Source: an uncultured Eubacteriales bacterium (GTDB lineage Bacteria > Bacillota > Clostridia > Christensenellales > Aristaeellaceae). From it: a DNA stretch of 24,000 nt. The position numbers and the translations under genes are program-made. The stretch lies in NCBI GenBank assembly GCA_902765735.1, contig CACXBB010000001.1, forward strand, positions 88,638-112,637, written 5' to 3'. The notes beneath the pieces are model-generated. The model searched no databases. It saw nothing but the letters and a program-made list of their open reading frames with translations, and was not told the origin of the DNA. Shown in pieces: positions 1-7,973 of the stretch; position 1 is the first letter of the stretch; every line of letters starts with the position of its first letter.

Positions 1-236
1 AGATGGTAGGTGCCCGTGGGCGTGGGCGTGGCGTTGCGCCCCGTGGAGCAGATCATCTGCCGGACGATGTTGGTGTCGTCCGTGTTCTCGGAATCGTAGA
101 CCGTCACGATCTGGTTGGTCAGATCGACGGTGATGTAATAGTGGCTGTCCGCCTTCGCGCCGGCAAACGGCGCGCACAGCGCCAGCAGGCAAAGTGCCGT
201 CAGCGCCGCCAGTAATCTCCTGATACGCAAGGTCAT
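1..236 (-). CDS. L,D-transpeptidase (YkuD-like) secreted protein, N-terminal part; the 3' end lies beyond the window start
   Basis: Absent from the ORF track because it runs off the window. Reverse-strand ATG at 236-234 with GGAGG (240-244) just upstream. Translation MTLRIRRLLAALTALCLLALCAPFAGAKADSHYYITVDLTNQIVTVYDSENT...ICSTGRNATPTPTGTYHL gives a signal peptide plus the YkuD pattern (VxLxxQxxxVY ... STG ... TPTGxY). Confidence 0.6.
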   Translation of the reverse strand, partial: MTLRIRRLLAALTALCLLALCAPFAGAKADSHYYITVDLTNQIVTVYDSENTDDTNIVRQMICSTGRNATPTPTGTYH

Positions 237-266
237 GTGCCTCCATGGATAGAACTTACGGGACCC

Positions 267-295
267 ATTATACCACTTAATATTTCAAAATACAA
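267..295 (-). promoter_or_regulatory. Putative sigma-A promoter for the L,D-transpeptidase gene
   Basis: Reverse strand reads TTGTAT (295-290), a 17-nt spacer ending TGg, then TATAAT (272-267). It sits in an AT-rich stretch about 30 nt upstream of the start codon. Confidence 0.4.
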
Positions 296-388
296 CCGAA
301 ATTGTAATAATTTGGAAATAATTTGAAATTTTTTTACAAAAATGGTAATTGCACAGACCGGACATTCGATTGGAGCTTGTCGGAGAGA

Positions 389-658
389 GGGGGACGACCT
401 CTTCCGTCACGCTTCGCGTGCCACCTTTACTTGAACGCACCGGCGTCCGCACAAGCGGGCCGCCGACAGCGCCGCGCCGATCCTTCGGATCGTTGCGCGG
501 GCTGGTCGCGCCTGCGCTTTTGCGCAGTGGCGCGACTGCTATAAAGGGGAAGGCAGAGGGCAGCGCATCCAAAAGCCTTCCCCTTCAGGGGAAGGTGGAT
601 TGCGCGCAGCGCAAGACGAAAGAGGTCGTCCCCCGGACGCCATGCAAGGCGTCCCTTC
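389..658. repeat. Composite GC-rich multi-hairpin repeat region (REP/MITE-like): inverted partial copies of the window-wide repeat family flanking further hairpins
   Basis: GGGGGACGACCTCTTCCGTC-ACGCttcGCGT-GCCACCT (389-426) is the reverse orientation of the unit at 569-634 (CCAAAAGCCTTCCCCTTCAGGGGAAGGTGG-ATTGCGCgcaGCGCAA-GACGAAAGAGGTCGTCCCCC). GGACGCCatgcaaGGCGTCC at 635-654 follows. The interior holds a 13-bp hairpin at 505-536 and CGATCC..GGATCG at 478-492. Confidence 0.75.
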
Positions 659-669
659 GTTTCGATGGT

Positions 670-1548
670 TCAGTATTCGCGCTCGCCGCCCATGAACACG
701 CTGGCCAGCGTGCCGGGGCCGCAGTGGGAGCCGATCACGGGCCCGACGATCTGTATGCGGATGTCCCTGAGAGTCGGGATGCGCTCGCGGAGCATGCCGG
801 CGAGGACCTCGGCCTCCTTGGGCACGTCGCCGTGGAGGATCAGCAGGGTCTGTGCCTCGGGATGCTCGATGCTCCGGGCGGTGCGCTCCACGATGGTCTT
901 CAGCGTATTTTTGCGGCCGCGGACCTTCTCGACGGCCTCCATCTTGCCGCTCTTGCCCAGGCAGATGATGGGCCGTATGTCCAGCATGGTGCCGAAAATG
1001 GCGCTGGTGGGGGTGATGCGCCCGCCCCGGGCCAGGTATTTCAGATCGCCCACGGTCATCCACACCTGGGCGCGCATGCGGTTGTCCAGCACCCATTGGG
1101 CGACCTCGTCCATGGACCTGCCCTGGGCGTAGAGCTCGTGGGCCTTCAGGACCAGGAGCGCCATAGGCCCGGAGATGCTCAGCGTGTCCACCACGGTGAA
1201 CCTGCGGCCGGGGTACTTCGCCAGAAGCTGCTCCCGCGCCTCGTAGACGTTCTGAATGGTGGAACTCATGTTGGAGGAAAAGGCGATGAACAGCAGGTCC
1301 TTTTCCTTCAGGATCGGTTCAAAGTATTCCAGGTACGCCTCGGTGGGCAGCAGCGACGTGTTGGGCGTTGCCCCCGCGCGCATGCGATCAAAGAAGTGCT
1401 TTTCCACCCCGGCGCGGCCGTTGTCGTCCTCATGCGCCTCGCCGTCGAGCGTGTAGGGCATGCGCACCACCGGGATGCCCAGCGCGTCCGCCGTGGAAAA
1501 GGGCAGGTCGCTGTCGGAATCGGTCATCAGTACATAGCTCTGTTCCAT
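670..1548 (-). CDS. DegV family fatty-acid-binding protein
   Basis: Translation from MEQSYVLMTDSDSDLPFSTADALGIPVVRMPYTLDGE... through ...IVGPVIGSHCGPGTLASVF matches the DegV pattern over its full length. The ATG at 1548 is preceded by AAGGGGA. The track's upstream start at 1614 falls inside the predicted promoter. Confidence 0.9.
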   Translation of the reverse strand: MEQSYVLMTDSDSDLPFSTADALGIPVVRMPYTLDGEAHEDDNGRAGVEKHFFDRMRAGATPNTSLLPTEAYLEYFEPILKEKDLLFIAFSSNMSSTIQNVYEAREQLLAKYPGRRFTVVDTLSISGPMALLVLKAHELYAQGRSMDEVAQWVLDNRMRAQVWMTVGDLKYLARGGRITPTSAIFGTMLDIRPIICLGKSGKMEAVEKVRGRKNTLKTIVERTARSIEHPEAQTLLILHGDVPKEAEVLAGMLRERIPTLRDIRIQIVGPVIGSHCGPGTLASVFMGGEREY

Positions 1549-1585
1549 AATAAATCCCCTTCGTCGTGTATTCCCCTCGAATGCC

Positions 1586-1614
1586 ATTATACAACAAATC
1601 GGGGGAATATGCAA
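1586..1614 (-). promoter_or_regulatory. Putative sigma-A promoter for degV
   Basis: Reverse strand reads TTGCAT (1614-1609), a 17-nt spacer, then TATAAT (1591-1586). Confidence 0.5.
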
Positions 1615-1638
1615 ACGAAGGGGAAGCGGTTTTTTCGG

Positions 1639-2328
1639 TCAGGTCTCCTCCACGTCCAGCACGCCGTGGATGCCGCGTATGTGGGACAGCAACAGGTCGT
1701 GGTTGACCTTGAACCGGGGCCGCAGGGACAGCACGGCGGTGTAGACGGTCACGCCGGGGTCGTTGCCGTGGAGCACGCGCAGGTTGGTGATGGCGATGCG
1801 GCTGTCCTTGCAGGTGCGCATCACCTGGTCCAGCGCGGGCTTGTGGTGGTAGTGCAGGGTGATGTTGAACTCGGGGGAGCGGGATATGCGGCTGTTGAGC
1901 TGGGAGAACACGGTCTCGGTGATGAGCACCAGCGCCGTGGCGAATACGCCGCCCTCGTAGAACCCCGCGCCGATGGACAGGCCGATCACGCCGCTGGCCC
2001 ACAGCCCGGCGGCAGTGGTGAGGCCCTTGACGGTGCGGTTGCGCGTGACGATGATGGTGCCCGCGCCGATGAAGCCCAGGCCGGACACCACCTGCGCCCC
2101 CAGGCGGGAGATGTCCGTGGGCAGCCCCAGGTTCAGGTAGAGGTAGATGCCGGTCATGGAGGCCGTGGCCGCGCCGATGCACACCAGTATGTGGGTGCGG
2201 AAGCCGGCGGGACGGTTCTTGTACGAACGCTCGGAGCCGATGACCGCGCCGGACAGACAGGCCAGCAGCATGCGGAGCAGTACGGTGGCGAAGCTGATGC
2301 TTCGAAGGCTGTTCAAACTGGCGGACAT
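1639..2328 (-). CDS. MgtC/SapB family membrane protein (copy 1)
   Basis: N-terminal membrane domain with LSGAVIGSERSYKNRPAGFRTHILVCIGAA and GFIGAGTII...GLTTAAGLW motifs typical of MgtC, plus a soluble C-terminal domain. RBS AGGAGGG lies in the 12-nt gap after the upstream gene. Confidence 0.85.
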   Translation of the reverse strand: MSASLNSLRSISFATVLLRMLLACLSGAVIGSERSYKNRPAGFRTHILVCIGAATASMTGIYLYLNLGLPTDISRLGAQVVSGLGFIGAGTIIVTRNRTVKGLTTAAGLWASGVIGLSIGAGFYEGGVFATALVLITETVFSQLNSRISRSPEFNITLHYHHKPALDQVMRTCKDSRIAITNLRVLHGNDPGVTVYTAVLSLRPRFKVNHDLLLSHIRGIHGVLDVEET

Positions 2329-2340
2329 GCGCGACCCTCC

Positions 2341-3105
2341 TTACGATATCAGTTCCTGCACGGAATCCACGCAGGGCAGCTCGGCCAGCGAGGACAGTAT
2401 CGCCGAGTGCGAGGCGTTCTGCCTGCCGAGCTTTAACGTCATGATGGCGGAGGGCAGCTTGTTGCCCTGGTGCTCGGTGCGCTCCATCTCCAGGTCGTAG
2501 AGCTGCGCGCCCTGCTTGCGGATGGCGCCGGTGATGGCGTCCACGTCCTCCGGCGACTCAAACTCCACGTAGATCGTGATGTTGCGAAGCCGCCGCTTGA
2601 ACGCCAGCTCCAGGGGCTGCATGAACTCCAGCGTGAATATGATCACCAGCATGGCGCAGAGCACGGCCTCGTAGAACCCGGCCCCGCAGGCGATACCCAG
2701 CGTGGCGCAGGCGAACAGGCCGATGGCTGAGGTCAGGCCCGACACCTGCCGGTGGGCCACGGCGATGATCGTGCCCGCGGCCAGAAAGCCGATGCCCGAG
2801 CCCACCTGGGCCGAGAAGCGCGACATGTCAAACTTCATGCCCACAGCCTCCACGGCGAAGGCCCAGGGCCCCTTGAGCATTTCGTATTCGTAAAGGCTCA
2901 CGAGCATCGTCAGCGCCGCGCCGATGCTGGTCAGCATGTAGGTGCGCAGGCCCGCGTTGGCCTTCTTCTTGGCCCGGCCGTAGCCGATCAGCGCGCCGAC
3001 CAGCATCGCCAGCGTCAGCCGGAACAGCACCGAGGGCAGGCTGAACTGCCGCAGGGATTCGATCATTCCCGACACAGAGACACCCCCAATTTTGCAAACT
3101 GACAT
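2341..3105 (-). CDS. MgtC/SapB family membrane protein (copy 2)
   Basis: LVGALIGYGRAKKKANAGLRTYMLTSIGAA and GFLAAGTII...GLTSAIGLF motifs show it is paralogous to the downstream gene. The start is uncertain: ATG 3105 has no RBS, while in-frame GTG at 3075 (GGGGGT 6 nt upstream) or ATG at 3066 are alternatives. Confidence 0.8.
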   Translation of the reverse strand: MSVCKIGGVSVSGMIESLRQFSLPSVLFRLTLAMLVGALIGYGRAKKKANAGLRTYMLTSIGAALTMLVSLYEYEMLKGPWAFAVEAVGMKFDMSRFSAQVGSGIGFLAAGTIIAVAHRQVSGLTSAIGLFACATLGIACGAGFYEAVLCAMLVIIFTLEFMQPLELAFKRRLRNITIYVEFESPEDVDAITGAIRKQGAQLYDLEMERTEHQGNKLPSAIMTLKLGRQNASHSAILSSLAELPCVDSVQELIS

Positions 3106-3143
3106 TATTATAACACAATAATGCCACAGTCACAAGTATTTCC

Positions 3144-3171
3144 TTGCACATTTGCACTTATGGTTTATAAT
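3144..3171 (+). promoter_or_regulatory. Putative sigma-A promoter for the ArsC/Spx-fold gene
   Basis: TTGCAC (3144-3149), a 16-nt spacer, then TATAAT (3166-3171). Confidence 0.4.
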
Positions 3172-3198
3172 ATAGGTAGAAGAGAGGGGGAACGGACC

Positions 3199-3540
3199 GT
3201 GAACATACAGATATTCGGCACGAAGAAGAGCCAGGACACCCGCAAGGCGGAGCGGTGGTTCAAGGAGCGGCGCATCAAGGCGCAGTATATCGATTTAAAC
3301 GACAAGGGCATCAGCCGGGGCGAGCTCAAGAGCGTGGCCCAGGCCTGCGGGGGGCTTGATCAACTGATCGACGAAAACTGCCGCGATCAGGACGCCCTGG
3401 CGCTGGTGAAGTACATTGCCGCCGCCCAGCGGGAGGATGCCGTGCTGGAGCATCCGCAGGTGCTCAGGCTGCCCATCGTGCGAAACGGCAAGAAGGCCGC
3501 CGTGGGGTACCGCCCGGAGGTCTACGCCACTTGGGAGTAG
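3199..3540 (+). CDS. ArsC/Spx/YffB-family (thioredoxin-fold) protein lacking the N-terminal cysteine(s)
   Basis: GTG at 3199 sits after AGAGGGGGA. VNIQIFGTKKSQDTRKAERWFKERRIKAQYIDL...LRLPIVRNGKKAAVGYRPEVY follows the ArsC/Spx family layout. The position normally holding Cys reads KKSQDTR (Ser codon AGC). Confidence 0.75.
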   Translation: MNIQIFGTKKSQDTRKAERWFKERRIKAQYIDLNDKGISRGELKSVAQACGGLDQLIDENCRDQDALALVKYIAAAQREDAVLEHPQVLRLPIVRNGKKAAVGYRPEVYATWE

Positions 3541-3562
3541 GGACGCCATTCATGGCGTCCGC
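3537..3562. repeat. Hairpin repeat module A (GTAGGGACGCC-attcat-GGCGTCCGC)
   Basis: This 26-mer is identical to 22120-22145, with related copies at 9934-9960, 635-654 (inverted), 12356-12382 and 12448-12474. It lies between convergent genes, and its GTAG supplies the TAG stop (3538-3540) of the upstream CDS. No U-tract follows on either strand. Confidence 0.85.
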
Positions 3563-3568
3563 GCCCGG

Positions 3569-4120
3569 TCACCACGGCAGCAGCCGGTCGCCCTTCACCA
3601 GCCAGGCTTTCTGCGCCAGGCGGGCGAGGGGATCGTCGGAGTGGGAATCGGAGTAGAAGTTTTCGATGTCGGCGTCGGGGCAGGCCGCCCGGAAGCGGCG
3701 CACCTTCTCGGCGCCGTGGCAGTTGGGTCCCGAATACACGCCCGTGCGCATGTCCACGGGGGAGCCCATCACCGCGCGGATGCCCAGCGCCTGGCAGGCC
3801 GGGCGGATCAGGCCCTCCGGGGAGGCGGAGATCACCACGTCGTCTTCCCGGTGGGCGGCGATGTACCAGGGCTTGACGCGGGGCAGGTTGGCGCGCCAGA
3901 AGTCGGCAAGCGCCCTGTCCATGTCGATCAGGGCGAAGTAGTGGAACATCCGCTGCTTGAAGGCCTGCTTGGGCCTGATTTTCAGAAGGAACAGAAGCCC
4001 GTTCAGCGCCTGCCCCGGCAGATCGGTCCACATGCGGGGATAGTGGGTCAGGCACCAGCCGAAGAAGCGGGCCGAGCTGTCGCCCCGCAGTATGGTGTTG
4101 TCAAAGTCGTATACGTTCAT
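3569..4120 (-). CDS. HAD-superfamily hydrolase (HAD-IB-like)
   Basis: MNVYDFDNTILRGDS carries the HAD motif I (DxDxT). The remainder is consistent with a small cap-containing HAD phosphatase. The ATG at 4120 is chosen over the track start at 4177. Confidence 0.8.
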   Translation of the reverse strand: MNVYDFDNTILRGDSSARFFGWCLTHYPRMWTDLPGQALNGLLFLLKIRPKQAFKQRMFHYFALIDMDRALADFWRANLPRVKPWYIAAHREDDVVISASPEGLIRPACQALGIRAVMGSPVDMRTGVYSGPNCHGAEKVRRFRAACPDADIENFYSDSHSDDPLARLAQKAWLVKGDRLLPW

Positions 4121-4220
4121 GGCGGCCCCCGTGCGATGGTATACAGAAAGTATAACCAAAGCCGGGCAATGTGTCAATCGCGTCCCGGTCGGTTAAAGTT
4201 CGGGGAAACGCCAAAATCGG

Positions 4221-4249
4221 TTGAATTTCCCCACGGCATATGCTAAAAT
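4221..4249 (+). promoter_or_regulatory. Putative sigma-A promoter of the pheST leader
   Basis: TTGAAT (4221-4226), a 17-nt spacer, then TAAAAT (4244-4249). Confidence 0.55.
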
Positions 4250-4255
4250 AACACG

Positions 4256-4507
4256 GTATGGCTGAGATGGAGAGAGTAACCCGACGGACCTCCCTCAGAG
4301 AGCCGGAGCGTGGCTGAAAATCCGGCGGACGGTCTATCGGGCGAAGTTCACTCCGGAGCTTCCGGGTTCAAAGCGCGCGCGAGTAGGCCCGGACGGGGTT
4401 ATCCCACGTTATCGGGATTAGAGGCCCGCGCGCGGCGGGCAAATACGGGTGGTACCGCGGAGTGGATATGGCTTCGCCCCAGAAGAGGGGTGAGGCTCTT
4501 TTATTTG
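4256..4507 (+). promoter_or_regulatory. T-box riboswitch leader, Phe-specific (UUC specifier)
   Basis: Stem I elements AGAGAGTA are present near 4271. The specifier context gaaGTTCAct places TTC at 4347-4349 followed by A. The conserved T-box GGGTGGTACCGCGG lies at 4447-4460, followed by an intrinsic terminator. The element sits directly upstream of pheS. Confidence 0.88.
4471..4507 (+). terminator. Intrinsic terminator of the T-box leader
   Basis: GCTTCGCCCC-agaaga-GGGGTGAGGC stem (with G-U wobbles) followed by TCTTTTATTTG. Confidence 0.8.
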
Positions 4508-4537
4508 CGGCCACACTTTATAAGGAGAGTGCATCGT

Positions 4538-5560
4538 ATGGAAAACAAACTGCGCGAGATACGCGAGCGCGTGCTGCAAAACATCGAGGACGCCAGGGCC
4601 AGCGGCAATCTGGAGCAGATCCGCGTGGGCATCCTGGGCAAAAAGGGCGAGCTGACCGGGCTTCTGCGCGGCATGGGCAAGCTGCCGCCGGAGGAGCGCC
4701 CGAGGATGGGCCAGCTGGTCAACGACGTGCGCGCCGCGCTGGAGGCCCGGCTGGAGGAGCGCGCCGCGGAGCTTCGGGAAAAGGAGAAGCAGGCCCGGCT
4801 CGAGGCGGAGGCCATCGACGTCACCCTGCCCGGCCCGGAGCGCTCCGCCGGAACGCTTCACCCGATGAACATTGCGCTCAGGAAGATGGTGGAGATCTTC
4901 GTGGGCATGGGCTACGAGGCCGTGGAGGGCCCCGAGGTGGAGTTCGATCACTACAACTTCGAGCTTCTGAACATCCCCAAGAACCATCCCGCCCGCGACG
5001 CGCAGGACACCTTCTACATCGACGACAACATCGTGCTGCGCACCCACACCTCCCCGGTGCAGGCCCGCATCATGACCACCCGCAAGCCGCCCATCCGCGT
5101 GATCTGCCCCGGCCGGGTGTACCGCGCCGACGAGGCCGACGCCACCCACTCCCCGGTGTTTCACCAGATGGAGGGCCTGGTGATCGACGAAAACATCACC
5201 ATGGGCGACCTCAAGGGCACGCTGGACGAGTTTGCCCGCCAGATGTTCGGCGAGGGCATCCGCACCCGCTTCCGCCCGTCCTTCTTCCCGTTCACCGAGC
5301 CCTCCGCCGAGGTGGACCTGACCTGCGCCAACTGCCGCGGGGAAGGATGCAGAATGTGCAAGGGCACCGGCTGGATCGAGGTGCTGGGCGCGGGCATGGT
5401 GAACCCCCGGGTGCTGGAGATGTGCGGCATCGATTCCACGAAGTACTCCGGCTTCGCCTTCGGCATGGGCGTGGAGCGCATGGCCCTGCTCAAATACAAC
5501 ATCCCGAACCTGCGGTATCTGTATGAGAACGATCTCAGGTTCCTGACGCAGTACAGATAA
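4538..5560 (+). CDS. pheS: Phenylalanine--tRNA ligase alpha subunit
   Basis: The ATG at 4538 follows AAGGAGAG. MENKLREIRERVL...HPARDAQDTFY...FRPSFFPFTEPSAEVD...GFAFGMGVERMALLKY are class II aaRS PheS motifs. The track ORF start at 4310 merely reads through the leader. Confidence 0.97.
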   Translation: MENKLREIRERVLQNIEDARASGNLEQIRVGILGKKGELTGLLRGMGKLPPEERPRMGQLVNDVRAALEARLEERAAELREKEKQARLEAEAIDVTLPGPERSAGTLHPMNIALRKMVEIFVGMGYEAVEGPEVEFDHYNFELLNIPKNHPARDAQDTFYIDDNIVLRTHTSPVQARIMTTRKPPIRVICPGRVYRADEADATHSPVFHQMEGLVIDENITMGDLKGTLDEFARQMFGEGIRTRFRPSFFPFTEPSAEVDLTCANCRGEGCRMCKGTGWIEVLGAGMVNPRVLEMCGIDSTKYSGFAFGMGVERMALLKYNIPNLRYLYENDLRFLTQYR

Positions 5561-5579
5561 TAAGGGGAGGTAGACGACA

Positions 5580-7973
5580 ATGAAAGTGCCAATGAAATGG
5601 CTGAAGGAATATGTGGACGTCAACATGACCGCGGAGGCGTACGCCTCCCGCATGGTCATGACCGGCACCGGCGTCGAGGGCGTGGAAAAGACCGGGGCGC
5701 AGTTTGACAACGTGGTCGTGGGCTACGTGGTGTCCTGCGTGGATCACCCCAACTCCGACCACCTGCACATCTGCATGGTGGACGTGGGCCAGACCGAGCC
5801 CATACAGATCATCTGCGGCGCGCCCAACGTCCATGCGGGCATGCGCGTGGCGGCGGCGCTGGACGGCGCGCATTTACCTGGAGGGAAAATTAAAAAGGGC
5901 AAGATGCGCGGCGAGGTGTCCATGGGCATGCTGTGCTCCGGCCCCGAGCTGGACGTGCCCGCGGGGCTGTACCCCCACATCGGGGACGAGGGCATCATCG
6001 AGATATTCGAGGATGTCGCCCCCGGCACCGACGTGAAGGAGGTCTTCGGTTTGGGCGACGACATCATCGACTACGAGATACTGGCCAACCGCCCCGACTG
6101 CCTGAGCGTGTGGGGACTGGCCCGCGAGAGCTCCGCCGTGCTGGAGGAGCACTTCGTGATGCCGGAGATCGCCGTGGAGGAGACCGGAAAGGGAACCTTC
6201 GACGACTACGCGAAGGTGATCGTCGAGGACGATACGCTCTGCCCCCGCTACTGCGCCCGGGTCATCACCGGCGTGAAGATCGGCCCCAGCCCCAGATGGA
6301 TGCGCGAGTACCTGTACGGCGCGGGGGTGCGGCCCATCAACAACATCGTGGACATCACCAACTTCGTGATGCTGGAGACCGGCCACCCGATGCACGCCTT
6401 CGACCTTTCCAAGGTGAAGGACCAGACCATCGTGGTGCGCCGCGCGAAGCCCGGCGAGAAGCTGACCACGCTGGACGGCAAGGAGCACGTGCTGGACGAG
6501 AGCATGCTGGTCATCGCCGATAATGAGAACGCCACGGGCCTTGCGGGCATCATGGGCGGCGAGGAGTCCGAGATCGTTTCGGACACCGCCAGCGTGCTGT
6601 TCGAGTGCGCGGCGTTTGAGCGCGCCAACAACCGCGTCACCGCCCGCACGCTGGGCATCCGCACCGAGTCCAGCGGCCGCTTTGAAAAGGGCGTGTGCGC
6701 CGAGACCACCATGGAGGCGCTGGAGCGCGCCTGCATGCTGGTGAACATGCTGGAGTGCGGCAGCGTGGTGCCCGGGGCCTACGACCACTACCCCCATCCC
6801 GCCGAGCCGAAGAGCATCGACGCGAGCGTCGCGCGCATCTGCCGCCGCATAGGCGTGGACGTGCCCGGCGAGACCATGGAGGACATACTGAACCGGCTCT
6901 ACATCGACACCACCCTCGTGGGCGATGACAAACTGCACTGCGAGATTCCCGCCTTCCGCATGGACATGGAGACCGAGGCCGACGTGTCCGAGGAGGTGCT
7001 TCGGATGTACGGCTACGACCACATCCCCTCCACGCTGATGAACGCCGTCACCATGCCCGGATACAGGAGCGAAAAGATCGTGTTCGCCGACCGGGTGAAG
7101 GACGCGCTGGTGGGCATGGGCCTGTACGAGGTGCTGAACTACTCCTTCATCAGCCCCCGGTGGATCGAGAAGCTGAATCTGCCCGCCGACGATCCCCGCC
7201 GCAACGCGGTCACCCTGCGCAACCCGCTGGGCGAGGATACCAGCGTCATGCGCACCTCCCTGGTGCCCAGCATGCTCAACACCGTGGCGGCCAACTTAAA
7301 CCGCGGCATCACGGCGGGCCGGCTGTTCGAGCTTTCCAAGGTGTTCGTGCCCGCCGAAAAGGCCGGCGAGCTGCCCGAGGAGAAGGCCGCGCTGTGCGTG
7401 GGCTGCTTCGGCGAGGACGTGGACTTCTACACCGTCAAGAACATCGTGGTGTGGCTGCTGGCGAAGTTCGGCGTGACCGCCGCCATCGAGGCCGCGGGGG
7501 ACGGCTACTATCACCCGGGCCGCAAGGCCGTGATGACCGCCGACGGTGTGCAGATCGCCGCGCTGGGCGAGATCCATCCCGACGTCGCGGAGGCCTTCGA
7601 CATCTCCCGGCGCGTGTACGTGGCCGAGATCGACCTGGACGCCCTGATGCCCATGGAGAAGGACTTCTACGGCGTGAAGCCGCTGCCCAAGTTCCCCGCC
7701 GTCACCCGGGATATCGCCGTGGTGGTGGCAGAGAAGGTGGGCGCGGGGTCCATGATGGACCTCATCCGCAAGACCGCCGCAAAGACCCTCGAGGACGTGA
7801 AGCTGTTCGACATCTACCGCGGCGACAAGCTGGGTCTGGGCGTCAAGTCCGTGGCCTACTCCATCACGCTGCGCGCCCCGGACCGCACCCTCACCGACGA
7901 GGAGATCAACGCCACCATGGACAAGGTGCTCAAGGCGCTCAACCAGCAGTTCGGCGCGGAGCTGAGGACCTGA
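5580..7973 (+). CDS. pheT: Phenylalanine--tRNA ligase beta subunit
   Basis: A 797-aa product starting MKVPMKWLKEYV, with the tRNA-binding, B3/4, B5 and FDX-ACB domain order typical of PheT. It starts 19 nt after pheS. Confidence 0.97.
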   Translation: MKVPMKWLKEYVDVNMTAEAYASRMVMTGTGVEGVEKTGAQFDNVVVGYVVSCVDHPNSDHLHICMVDVGQTEPIQIICGAPNVHAGMRVAAALDGAHLPGGKIKKGKMRGEVSMGMLCSGPELDVPAGLYPHIGDEGIIEIFEDVAPGTDVKEVFGLGDDIIDYEILANRPDCLSVWGLARESSAVLEEHFVMPEIAVEETGKGTFDDYAKVIVEDDTLCPRYCARVITGVKIGPSPRWMREYLYGAGVRPINNIVDITNFVMLETGHPMHAFDLSKVKDQTIVVRRAKPGEKLTTLDGKEHVLDESMLVIADNENATGLAGIMGGEESEIVSDTASVLFECAAFERANNRVTARTLGIRTESSGRFEKGVCAETTMEALERACMLVNMLECGSVVPGAYDHYPHPAEPKSIDASVARICRRIGVDVPGETMEDILNRLYIDTTLVGDDKLHCEIPAFRMDMETEADVSEEVLRMYGYDHIPSTLMNAVTMPGYRSEKIVFADRVKDALVGMGLYEVLNYSFISPRWIEKLNLPADDPRRNAVTLRNPLGEDTSVMRTSLVPSMLNTVAANLNRGITAGRLFELSKVFVPAEKAGELPEEKAALCVGCFGEDVDFYTVKNIVVWLLAKFGVTAAIEAAGDGYYHPGRKAVMTADGVQIAALGEIHPDVAEAFDISRRVYVAEIDLDALMPMEKDFYGVKPLPKFPAVTRDIAVVVAEKVGAGSMMDLIRKTAAKTLEDVKLFDIYRGDKLGLGVKSVAYSITLRAPDRTLTDEEINATMDKVLKALNQQFGAELRT

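Noticed and set aside
3-215. 70-aa plus-strand ORF at the window start
   Set aside because: It is an Arg/Gly-rich shadow frame. The opposite strand encodes a signal peptide plus a YkuD-like domain with an RBS and promoter.
349-2436. Very long (695 aa) plus-strand ORF spanning the degV and MgtC region
   Set aside because: It is antisense to two genes with clear family signatures. The translation is low-complexity Ala/Gly/Arg/His/Val-rich with no recognisable motifs or RBS, and it starts inside the hairpin repeat block. This is a typical shadow ORF of GC-rich DNA.
4310-4537. N-terminal extension of pheS suggested by the track ORF (start at 4310)
   Set aside because: The extension reads straight through the T-box leader, including its terminator. 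The ATG at 4538 has a strong AAGGAGAG RBS and yields a normal-length PheS.
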